Source of the DNA: Mizuhopecten yessoensis
Lineage: Eukaryota
DNA: 64,000 nucleotides
Assembly (NCBI RefSeq): GCF_002113885.1
Contig: NW_018404492.1
Span: 5,200,258 to 5,264,257, forward strand
Direction: 5' to 3'
Shown here: one piece after another, positions 50,201 through 60,496 of the stretch
Layout: each line of letters starts with the position of its first letter
Position numbering within the stretch: the first letter of the stretch is position 1
Position numbers and translations under genes: made by a program
The notes under the pieces: generated by a model
The model's input: the letters and a program-made list of their open reading frames with translations, nothing else
The model's database searches: none
What the model was told of the DNA's origin: nothing

Positions 50201-51697
50201 GATTGACCATGTGGGTGTTCTCTGGATAAAATGGTAACTGCTATATTGAAGGTGCCAGTGTATGATTTTTTTTAAAGTTTAATTCCCGAATATTTGACAA
50301 TTGAAATGTGCATTTCCTTTTTTTATGTTGTTTTTCTTTGCCAGTGTAGAGTCTCAATATGTTGATGTTAACTTGAACTACATAAAAACATCTAGACAAG
50401 GCACACAAAAAAAGAAAAAAAAAGAAGTTTCCTGTTGCAGGTCCGAATTTGTCTTAAAAAAAAATTAATCAAATAAATAAAAAAAAACACAATTCTTCAA
50501 AAAACATCCATAAAATGAGTAGGATTGGCCAAAAAGATAGGTATGGTTGGAAGATGACAACAGGTGTTGCAGTTTTTGCCAAAATATGATTTTTGAAATA
50601 TCTTAATCAAAGTTCATCATAACAAAATGTATTACATTTTTAAGTACCGGTACATATGTGATTTATTTTGGCTTATTTTTACAGCTGAATACAGGCTGCT
50701 TTCCCTAGCAATTTTTTTTTTCAAAATGCAGAACAAATGAATATCTTCAAAATTTTAATAGAAAATAATGCCATATTTCTCTAATTCATGTAGGAACATG
50801 TACAAGCTGTTGTAAAATTTACGTTGAAAAGTCTGTTTAACAGGTAAAAATCTTTTATTTACCATATGGCTTCATATCTATCAGAAGGTTTTCCAGTTTG
50901 AGTTGATCTAGCACGTGGATGAGTTCAGCCACAACCATGCCCCGAGCACCAAGTTCAGAAATTATCCTATTGGTAGGACTACCATCACCAAACACAAACC
51001 GTCCAAACTTGTTCTCTATATCTGTTTGGCTGCAAAGCAAAGATTATTGAGGTTTAAATATTTTGATATACAATGTAAAAGGAAATACCAGAAAACACAA
51101 GATAGATTTTTTTATTTTTTTTTAATAAATGTCCAAAGAAAACAGGGGTATCCCCCGGGGTATATGTTTAACCAAAATAAAAATAATTTATGTAATAAAT
51201 ATACACGTATTATATTTTGGAAAACCCCTCTCATAATAAGTTATGACCTAAAGAGAGCCATAGAATATCAATATTAATCTGATGTTTAAGTACAAAGTGG
51301 CTTATTCAATAATGCAGACCTTGGTTCGAGTTATCTGAAAAATTCCCATCAGTATATATATAGCCACCCACTCCCTCCTCTCATAAAATTTAGAAGAAAA
51401 TGATAGTGATAGTTTGGGTAGATGTTGGGAATGATGGAGGTATTTTTTTTCTCAAATGCATTCCTATTTTATGCTGAGCATGAATATTATACTCTTGGTA
51501 TAAGTTAAGGGCTATTAGGTAATTAACAACCTGAATTCGTAATCATCCCGTAAAGTTGATGCAATCTTAAGAAAGGCACGCCAGCTGCAAGTCTCTGGGT
51601 TGTTGTCCAAACTTCTTTCAATTTCTTGCGTGATCTTTGCTGGCAATTGAGAAATGTTTCTCTGCATGCCGTTGGTTCCTCTTTGCAAGTAATCCAT
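35246..51697 (-). CDS. MALT1: MALT1 paracaspase (death domain, 3 Ig, caspase-like domain, C-terminal Ig, TRAF6 motif), about 825 aa
   Basis: Exons 51697-51531, 51029-50863, 49172-48989, 48265-48099, 47776-47616, 45718-45601, 44913-44899, 44607-44482, 43369-43219 (or to 43205), 42708-42686, 41815-41434, 40916-40812, 39571-39456, 38240-38088, 37611-37451, 36410-36288 and 35404-35246; phases are consistent. Motifs ATDKVALLIGN, catalytic FCGHG and LDICR, IYAT, WLKAH, EFSNVL, DLQKLR, NLGLPLIA. Confidence 0.95.
39625..39853 (-). mobile_element. Second copy of the same SINE, in a MALT1 intron
   Basis: Close reverse-complement match to 30355-30575. 11-bp TSD CATTCAATTTG at 39614 and 39854. Confidence 0.88.
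41434..41815 (-). CDS. MALT1: MALT1 caspase-like catalytic exon (His/Cys dyad)
   Basis: TDKVALLIGNYDY...LLNLTKQEM...VFYFCGHGFE...ILDICR, with an AG acceptor and a GTAAGA donor. Confidence 0.97.
42040..42567 (+). mobile_element. SINE-like retroposon remnant with (ATCA)n tail
   Basis: GGACTATAAA..GTCCCGTGT..GAAAAAGAGTAGG core resembles molluscan Meta-type SINEs (recalled, not verified). 3' end GACGTAAAACC(TATCAATCAATC)n. Confidence 0.4.
42780..43216. repeat. 33-46 bp minisatellite with a CTCTGATTGG core, about 11 copies
   Basis: Repeated TACTCTGATTGG; the last unit merges with the MALT1 exon boundary. Confidence 0.85.
43605..43735 (-). mobile_element. tRNA-head short repeat, second family
   Basis: Minus strand reads GGTAGCTCAATTGGTAGAGCG...GGTTTGAACCCCGG. 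Similar decayed copies at about 8075-8170 (+) and 27430-27520 (-). Confidence 0.6.
43981..44073. mobile_element. hAT-like 93-bp MITE with 8-bp TSD
   Basis: CAG...CTG foldback; TSD TTCAATCA at 43973-43980 and 44074-44081. Confidence 0.75.
45871..47087 (+). mobile_element. HINE/pearl-like element with ~145-bp tandem repeats; spans the assembly gap 46492-46805
   Basis: Same 5' end, TGTGACCTTGAAAG repeats, (GACG)n, 3' hairpin. Same family as 52078-53498. Confidence 0.82.
46492..46805. other. Assembly gap (314 N)
   Basis: N run inside a tandem-repeat element. Confidence 1.
48317..48400. mobile_element. TTAA-targeting mini-MITE (piggyBac/Kolobok-like)
   Basis: TTAA|CTCATTCACCCCTGA ... TCAGGTGTGAATGAG|TTAA. 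Confidence 0.7.
48435..48695. repeat. ~59-bp tandem repeat, about 4.5 copies
   Basis: ATCCCAGTTATTCCCCTTATCTAT..GTTGTCCAAGTTAATG. Confidence 0.85.
49375..50006 (+). mobile_element. Second HINE-like family with ~146-bp repeats
   Basis: Repeats GATGACAAAGTTTTTCTAAAAATAGTAACAGTGACCTTGACC (3-4 copies), (ACAT)n, and a terminal CCCCCTC..GAGGGG hairpin. Related pieces at about 27035-27310 and 25910-25980. Confidence 0.65.
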
Positions 51698-52077
51698 ATT
51701 GATTTATCTGAAAAAGGAACACATTTACACAACTCTCGTTTGAATGTATGTTTTCCATTAAAAAAAGTTCCAAAAAGTGAAAAGAGGATAAATGTTTTAG
51801 TACTTAATATACACAATAAAATTTGACATGAATACGAAATCACAATCAGAGGGTACGGACATTTTCAGACATTTCGGTCATTTTGATTTGGTAACAAAAA
51901 TGTTTCAGTACTTATTTAAGACGTTTTGGTACTTTTAATCAAATGTTTCCATATATTATAAACCCTTTTGTCATTTGTACTTACGTTTTAACATTGTATC
52001 TTATTTACTTGTTGTGACCTGCTTGCTTTTGTTTTTTACTTTTTAGATTCTTCAGCATAAGCATATTTGTGTCTTGA

Positions 52078-53498
52078 AACAATAGGCCCAAGAGAGCCTG
52101 TATCGCTCACCTGAATATTTAAGCAGTTATAGCAAAATATTCTCATTAAATATTATATTGCACTAAAAATATTTCCCTCACAAACTTTGTTGGCTCCATC
52201 TGTTGAAACTACCAGCAATATATTATTACAAGATTCTATGCTTTTTGATTCTTCAGAAGTTTCTTGACATATTTTCCCCTGTGACCTTGTAAGAAGGTCA
52301 ATGTCATTTTCCTTCTCAAAATGGTAAGCTCTATTCCAAAAGCTACCAGCCAAATCTTATGAATCCATTCCTTTTAGTTCTTATGAACAAATCCATTAAA
52401 ATGTTGTTGACCTCTGTGACCTTGAAAGTAGGTCAAGGTCCCTTTCATTCGCAAACTTTGTTGGGCTCTTTCCCAGGAAATAACCAGCCGAATATTAAGG
52501 TTCTATAACTTCCAGTTCTTCAGAAGAAGTCACTTGAAGTGTTTGACATATCTGCCTCATGTGACCTTAAAAGTAGGTAAAGGTCATTTTCATTCTCAAA
52601 CTTTGTTTGGCTCTTTCCTAGGAAGCTACAAGCCAAATATAAAGATTCTATACCTTTCAGTTGTTCAGAAGAAGTCGTTTGAAGTGTCTGACACATTTGA
52701 CCCCTGTGACCTTGAAAGAAGGTCAAGGTCATTTTCTTCCTCAAACTTTGTCGGGCTCATTCCCAGAAAGCCATCAATCAAATATAAAGATTCTATACCT
52801 CACAGTTCCTCAGAAGAATTAATTTGAAGCTTTTGACACATTTGACCCCTGTGACCTTGAAAGTAGAACAAGGTAATTTTCATTCTCAAACTTTGTTGGG
52901 CTCCATCCCAGGAACCAATCAGCCAAATATCAAGATTCTATACCTTTCAGTTGTTCAGAAGAAGTCATTTGAAGTTTTTGACATATTTGACCCCTGTGAC
53001 CTTGAAAGAAGGGCAAGGTCATTTTCTTCCTCAAACTTTGTTGGGCTCCATCCCCGGAACCAATCAGCCAAATCTCAAGATTCTATACCTTTCAGTTGTT
53101 CCGAAGAAGTCATTTGAAGTTTTTGACATATTTGGCCCCTGTGACCTTGAAAGAAGGTCAAGGTCATTTTCTCCCTCAAACTTTGTTGGGCTCCATCCCA
53201 GGAACCAATCAGCCAAATCTCAAGATTCTATACCTTTCAGTTGTTCCGAAGAAGTCATTTGAAGTTTTTGGCATATTTGACCCCTGTGACCTTGAAAGAA
53301 GGTCAAGGTCATTTTCGTTCTCACACTTTGTAGGGCTCCTACCAACAAAGCTTTCAGCCCAATATCATGACTCTAGGGCTATTTGTTCTTCAAAAGAAGT
53401 TGTTTAAAGGAAAGGTTGACGGACGAGGACGGACGGACGATGGACGCCGCACCACGACATAAGCTCACTTGCCCTCTTCGGGCAGGTGAGCTAAAAAA
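52078..53498 (+). mobile_element. HINE/pearl-like element with about 8 copies of a ~145-bp tandem repeat
   Basis: Repeat anchor at about 52281, 52415, 52560, 52705, 52850, 52995, 53140 and 53285. Conserved 5' end, GACG microsatellite and terminal hairpin. Confidence 0.85.
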
Positions 53499-55037
53499 AG
53501 ACTGAAACCCGCCCTAGCTAGTTACTAATGACTAGGATTCAAATCAGAGTATACTACCATTCACATAATCATGTAGTATATATGTGTTTGACTGTATTAT
53601 TGACTTTATCAGACAGATAATTTAAGAAACATTTCGCAATGGGTTGTTTCTAATACTTCAACCAACTCATCTGAACATTGAAAATAACAGATTTTGTTGG
53701 TAGAAATGTGTGTCAATGTCATGAATATATATATTTATATATTTATTATACCTCTACTTATTTACTCTATATAAAAGTAATTGGTTAAATCGAATATATC
53801 CCCCCTTTTGCCCGACTGTGTTTTAGTCCTGTGTGTTAGTCTGGGAACTAAAACACACCTACACTCGGGTGTTTCCGCCGAGCCAATCAGGCGAGAGGTG
53901 GGCGGAGTTTGTTACCGAACTCGGAACCGATGCTCGAGGTGGGCGTAGCTTGCTACCGACTTCGGAAGCATTTGGCTCCATTGCCATCAAAAGGGTAGTT
54001 GGGAAATGAAGCTATATACAGCTTATGGTTTACAAATATTTTCTAGTTTAAACTATCTCTCTAGTGTGTATCTGTATAATAAAACAGTTAAAGTATGGGA
54101 TTGAGGGATATGGCAAGCTTCTGGTGTCCCTTGACCATGCCTATTTCCCTCGGCTTCGCCTCGGGAAATAGACCTAGCTAACGGCCTGTACCTATCACAA
54201 CTAGTACTGTAGGCTTCATGGTCATAAAATACTTGTTTACAATTTTAACACATTTGACTTTTGTGACGTTGAATAAGGGTCATGGATATTTGCTTCAACA
54301 GACTGATTATAACCCTTTATATATAATTACCTCTATGAGATTGAAGTTAAGGAAGCTTCATGAAACGTGATTTTATTTAAGTTAATGAATCTCCTTATAT
54401 TTAATGAAAAAGCCAGTTTGAGGAGCTCCTTAAAGTTAAGGAACGGTGATGAAACCGGGGCCAGTTCTTTAGAATTAAGCTTTTTAAAGGAAAAGTTGAA
54501 TGACAGAAGCTGGATGGTGAAAGACATGACAATTAAATGACAAAAGATAACCTTGGTCTATCAATCGAAAAGCATACAATACACCACAAACAGAGGTTGA
54601 ACTTGTTTTACTGATTTCTAATATTGAGCTAATCTCTCTCACTCAGTTCCCAATGAGGTGACATCTTTTGGTATAAAGCACTTATTCCTTGGCCAAGTTA
54701 AATTATGCTACAGAACAAAGGTTAAAATTTGAAACTAAGCAATCCCTTAACCTAGTTATAATGAAGATGAGTCTTTTTTAAGGTTTACTGATATTTGCCT
54801 TATTTCGACCACTTTAACACTCTGTCCTCTGGCGGTATGGGAAAAGTTAAACCATTACAGTTTATACAACATTGAGTCCCCGTCACTAAGTGATGCATCA
54901 GATCAACTTTTGTTAAAAAGTTTTGTCACCGATACAGAAAGAGTAGAATTTTACAGACTTCTGTCAATAATCTGCATACCACCTCTGGTGTATCGTTGCA
55001 GGTGGACTTATCTCTATTTCTCCTATTGGACCCCCCC

Positions 55038-55137
55038 NNNNNNNNNNNNNNNNNNNNNNNNNNNNNNNNNNNNNNNNNNNNNNNNNNNNNNNNNNNNNNN
55101 NNNNNNNNNNNNNNNNNNNNNNNNNNNNNNNNNNNNN
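55038..55137. other. Assembly gap (100 N) at a poly-C tract
   Basis: N run flanked by C-runs. Confidence 1.
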
Positions 55138-55799
55138 CCCCCCTCCATGGAATTTTAACCAATAATGAATATGTATGGTACACTTTTTTGGGGACATTTA
55201 CTACAATGTGGCTTAATGGTGTGTGTCCATGTAGAATAGAATATTCCAAAAACGATATTTACTGGAGACCATTGGACTATAGTGATATATATGTAGTAAC
55301 CACTGAAGAATGATCCATAAGTAACATTCCCAATCCCAGTTTCACGACGGTTCCTTAACTTACCGGAAATTCCTAAACTAAACTTTTCCTTGGGAAAGCA
55401 TTGCAACGGTTGCAATGGAACTTTCTTTAATATTTGTCCTTAACTTCATCAATATGAATTCCTCTTCATCAAAAAAAAATGTATCAGGCTATGTATGTGT
55501 CAGTAAATAGGGGGTAGACTTACCTGTTGTATAGATATTACGTGGAACACATGTGATTCAATAATGTCTTGTTATGATGTTAGTTCCCTGTCACTCCTGT
55601 GTTCCATGTGGAACTGGATTCGTTGTCCACATCAACACACACTTTTCACAGTTGAATATAAATAGCCTACCTGATAGACATTTATATGTAGATATTCGAT
55701 TCCTTTAGCTGGTGGTTAGTGTTTCATCCATTCGTAGGGACCATGTCGATATCCTGTATGCCTGTATTTGCCGACAAATAACAAACTTACAAAGTTATT

Positions 55800-55880
55800 A
55801 CCTACCCGGAAGTTCTACGAAACACTCGATGTTGACCAATGGGATTGCAGAATTTTTCAGAAACGGGGAATCCCCTTCAT
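55800..55880 (-). promoter_or_regulatory. Probable MALT1 promoter with ETS, CCAAT and NF-kB sites
   Basis: CCGGAAGT at 55806-55813, CCAAT at 55836-55840, GGGGAATCCCC at 55865-55875. These lie just upstream of candidate non-coding first-exon donors. The ATG exon has an acceptor at 51708-51709, so an upstream exon is expected. Confidence 0.55.
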
Positions 55881-57273
55881 GTGTGTTGTTTACAAAGCGG
55901 TCTGGTGATTTCGCTCCAAAACAAGTTATTGTCCCATTTTTTTACGCTCATTTGAGATACGTATCACCAAAGTCTTTTTGTTGTCTTAAATAAAACTATT
56001 TCGTGCAAAAATCACCCCAAACCGATTCAACCCATCGTGTTGTTGGCCGAAGGGAAGTAACTCCTGTACTTTATTGTAACGTTTTGGCTATCACTGCAAT
56101 GCCAGTCTAGGGGAAGTAACTCGTAATATTTTCTTCCTTTAGATTACATTTATACATTACTAACTGTAAAATTTTACATTTTAACTTATGTATTGTCATA
56201 TTTTTTTCTATTTAAAACGTTTCTCATCCGAATATTTCATCATTGATAAATTGCCATTCGCTTTAAAAAAAAATCAAGGTTCTACGATTATGTTAAATGC
56301 GTTTTTCTGCATTTTCATCACACAATTTGTACTTTTGTCCGAATTTTTTTCAGTAGACCATTACTTAGCATAGTGACGGCAAAGTGGTTGAGACAAATTA
56401 AAAATGTGTCAAAAAATTATAGGAACAGCTTCATTTCAAATTGAAATGTTACTTAATAGAAGTAACTATAAGAAAGTATATATTCGACCAATTATCGGTG
56501 CCAATAGTTGGATCATGAGCTTACAGCTAACAGCTAACTTATTTTGCATACAAAACTTAGACATTAGTGTAGTCCACTTAGATATGATCTATATAGAGTA
56601 AATCTTGTTGATAGTCCAGTTTGTTATTATTGTGGCCATCCCTGTGAAAATGCCTTTCACTTTTTTTGTGAGTGCTCACTTTTTAATGGCAACGAAAGAC
56701 GCATCCTGCTCCAAAATTTGAATGCATTGCATGGTTATACTCAATTTTCGGTTGAAATCAAAACATTTTTTTAGACATGTGCATAATTACCTCAAATCCA
56801 GCAATAGGTTTTGATAACTATAATTGTTTTTCCTTATTTTTGTTTATGTGTGTACGTTGTTATATATGTGTTTATGCAATTTCATTTCATTATTTTGCCT
56901 GATTTCTTTGTTACAGTAACATTGATTTTGTCCATTATGAAAAGCGTCATGTCATGATTTTTTTTATAATTTATTCAAATGCGGGTCCCTTTCACACCAT
57001 ACAGGTAAAAAGTCTGTATCATATTGGTTCGCCACCCCAGCATCAATTAAACGGTGTCGTCTCACCTAGCATACATTTGGTATTTTCCTATATACAGGTA
57101 AGGTGTTGGATGTATGCTAGGTGAGATTTGGTGTCAGGTAGAGAACAATAGGATTTAATTACAGGTAAACTATAGTCCGTACTATAAAGTATCTTACCAT
57201 GTTCATTCATTCTTTATTACCTTAAACCTTGCGGTTTATCAATACAGTGCATATATACAGTGCAAACTATACA

Positions 57274-57274
<1 letters not shown>

Positions 57275-57314
<40 letters not shown>
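57275..57314. repeat. (TA)n microsatellite
   Basis: Seen directly. Confidence 0.95.
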
Positions 57315-57319
<5 letters not shown>

Positions 57320-57480
57320 GAGTACATAGAATACAATGTGAATATGAACGTATACATAGGATTGATTTTTGGTGTAAAAATTTATTTATTTATAAAATTG
57401 TTTCCACTTCATGTATAATAGTCTTCATCATTATAATAGGGAATATCAGATCAAATGTCCTAACTTTACATATTATCACT

Positions 57481-57596
57481 TAAGCATTGAACTGTTTTTG
57501 TATGGTATTTATGATCTATTTGAATGAGTTGTTTGCTTGCAAAGCTATGTCATTCAAATCGATCATAAATACCATACCAAAACAGTTCAATACTTA
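57481..57596. mobile_element. Palindromic MITE
   Basis: ATTGAACTGTTTTTGTATGGTATTTATGATC / GATCATAAATACCATACCAAAACAGTTCAAT. Confidence 0.65.
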
Positions 57597-58784
57597 TATT
57601 TACGTTTTCTCTTCCTTTTATGTTCTTTTTTAACTTATAATTTATATTTAAAATTAAAAGTGCCCGCCTTATCGACAGTCCACACAATTTCGTTCAATAA
57701 TTTGAACAGCGTGCTGATTGGCAAACAAAGTCGTACTTTGAAATTTTAACAAACACTTCAAAATTTTATTCCACAATTCAGTATCAATACAAATGCATAT
57801 GATATGTATATAAGGTGATTTAAGTTTATCAATAGAAATCTGAGCCGAAAGTTAAACTATAAATTGTTCCGATTTTCCCCCGGAACAAATTTCGCGCATG
57901 GATAAATACAGTGAACACCGTGAATCCGACCTTGACCTCAACGAGGGAGTTATTTTTGGAAGTTAATTCGAAGGTTTCTCTTTGGTCTCCAGACGTGAAT
58001 TTATTTGTTGATTGTATGGGAATCTGACTACAGTCGGTAGATTCTATAACAGCCTCGTTATTTGACGTGTCGTGATCAGAAACTGGGGAAACCGTGGCTG
58101 CGAGACGCGTGAAACTCTTAGTTGATTATATCAGAGACGTATTATACGTCTCTGATTATATACATCATCCCTATACATTCTCTATACATCGTGTTTGTAC
58201 ATCATGTACCACATATAAGGGCCAATAGTCCAAGCTTTGGATAAATGTTGACAATATTGACATTTGCGATATTATGATAAGTGAAGATCATAATTATTTT
58301 TCCTATCTAGTGTCAGGGATGTGTCCCTGACAATGTGTATCCACACAAAATCAGCTTGAGATTGAAATTTTGCAGACATAACTATAAAATAAAGGAAATA
58401 TAAAAACAACATTCAGTCAACTGTTATTGTATCAGTTGATTTATATACAATGCATTACAGAATTTTAAACAATCTTTGCTATTACGATTAGTTAATGAAT
58501 CTTTACTTGATCAACAATAATTTAAGATTTTAATAGCATGCAGGCGGCTAGTACCGTACTACCTGTTATAATATCTGTAAAATCATAAGTTATTTTCAGG
58601 TTAAATAAATATATCCATTTTATTTGTTTTAATATTCATATTTCATCACATGTCATTATAATTCTTTACAAAGAAAATGGAATATTTCTCTGATTAAAGT
58701 AGATATAAGTAATATGTATTACAATACCATCTACATCATTTTGAAACAGACTTTAACCAAATTGTGATCAGGTGTGAAAATTGA

Positions 58785-59316
58785 AATGTATGCTAGGTGA
58801 GATTAGGTATTTTAGAAATGTATGCTAGGTGAGATTAGGTATTTTAGAAATGTATGCTAGGTGAGATTAGGTATTTTAGAAATGTATGCTAGGTGAGATT
58901 AGGTATTTTAGAAATGTATGCTAGGTGAGATTAGGTATTTTAGAAATGTATGCTAGGTGAGATTAGGTATTTTAGAAATGTATGCTAGGTGAGATTAGGT
59001 ATTTTAGAAATGTATGCTAGGTGAGATTAGGTATTTTAGAAATGTATGCTAGGTGAGATTAGGTATTTTAGAAATGTATGCTAGGTGAGATTAGGTATTT
59101 TAGAAATGTATGCTAGGTGAGATTAGGTATTTTAGAAATGTATGCTAGGTGAGATTAGGTATTTTAGAAATGTATGCTAGGTGAGATTAGGTATTTTAGA
59201 AATGTATGTTAGGTGAGATTAGGTATTTTAGAAATGTATGTTAGGTGAGATTAGGTATTTTAGAAATGTATTCTAGGTGAGATTAGGTATTTTAGAAATG
59301 AATTCTAGGTGAGACT
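58785..59316. repeat. 32-bp minisatellite, about 17 copies (TAGAAATGTATGCTAGGTGAGATTAGGTATTT)
   Basis: Near-identical direct repeats with no spacers. Confidence 0.95.
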
Positions 59317-59507
59317 AAACCATTTAAATGATTCGACGACAGACCGATATGAAAAAAGTCGATAAAACGTCAGAATAATTCGGACTACAGGAGAACGGAC
59401 TCTCTCTATTACTATATTAATATATTTGCATATTTTAACTAGTAAAACGTTGTTATTTGTGGAAAAATGTTGGGGTGGGAGGGTGTGTAGCTTGGACTGT
59501 GTAATAC

Positions 59508-60327
59508 CACGGAATTAGATTATCTAAGTCCGTGGTAATACTCAACTATAGAATCACCAGTCAAGAACTAAACACTAATGAATATTCAATTCACACGATA
59601 GAGGCAGCATGTGTATCTATATGCGCACTGAAACAATTAGGTCAACGCAGGGGTGTCACTTGCGCTGGTGACACCCCCTTGGATCCGCCTCTGGCTAATC
59701 GTCAAGCTGAAGTTAGATGCAGGTTGTATTATAACGGGAATGCTAATATGTGCAAAATCTGATATATATTATATGCGGAAATTCGCACCGGTTCGCTACA
59801 GCTAGTTAAAACAAATTCTGTCTCAGCTCTGTATAATACCATCAATAAGATCCTCGTCACAAAAATCTAGATTTAACTATTTACACGTAGCATGCAACAA
59901 CACAGAAGCTTAATTGTTTCCCCCTACCACGGAATTAGATTAGTCCGTTATTTAAGTCCTTGCCCCTACAACAGCTGAATAATTTTTAACTCACAAACTT
60001 TGAACTCATTGAAAACAAATAAACATTTTATATAACTTAAATCAATGTAGAAAATAGGCCTTATAAAGGCTTTTTAATTTTAGTTGTAGTCCGCGTAAGT
60101 ATTGCTACTTAACAAACGGTACTATTATTTAAAATAACGTAATAACGAAATAACGGCAAGTGTCTGTAAAGGAAACGTTTTTTTTTTTTAAATTGTCGAT
60201 TCCATCCAATGACACTAGAAATGATTGGCGGCCTGACACGGGGTCGTTTACATGGACAGTCAACTTGATGTACGTTATATGTATCAGATTAATATGTTTT
60301 ATCACGGACTTGGATTCTAATTCCGTG
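59508..60327. mobile_element. Three 25-35 bp CACGGA(A/C)TT palindromes, each with its own 7-bp TSD
   Basis: 59508-59534 (TSD GTAATAC), 59928-59962 (TSD CCCCTAC), 60303-60327 (TSD GTTTTAT). Confidence 0.7.
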
Positions 60328-60462
60328 GTTTTATATAACCTTTACGGCAAGTTTATTGCAACGTCGAATACAACTCCGCACACAACACTAGTCTCAATTT
60401 TGAGTACTACTCACTGGATAGAAATATTCATCCTGCCCTCTCGCATAAAATTTAACATTAAT

Positions 60463-60496
60463 CAGAGACGTATAATACATGTATTATACGTCTCTG
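60463..60496. mobile_element. 34-bp perfect palindrome with 7-bp TSD (P-element-like footprint, family CAGAGACGT)
   Basis: CATTAAT|CAGAGACGTATAATACA-TGTATTATACGTCTCTG|CATTAAT. Siblings at 58132-58154 and 9886-9921. Confidence 0.7.

Noticed and set aside
52534-53407. Overlapping ~100-aa ORFs with repeated peptides
   Set aside because: Translations of the 145-bp tandem repeat in a non-coding element. The same applies to 15994-16887 and to the ORFs spanning N gaps.
58311-58332. Another CANRG footprint (CAGGGATGTGTCCCTG)
   Set aside because: Palindromic, but the flanking 7-mers (CTAGTGT and ACAATGT) are not duplicated.
58785-59316. CRISPR-like 32-bp repeats
   Set aside because: Head-to-tail minisatellite without spacers.
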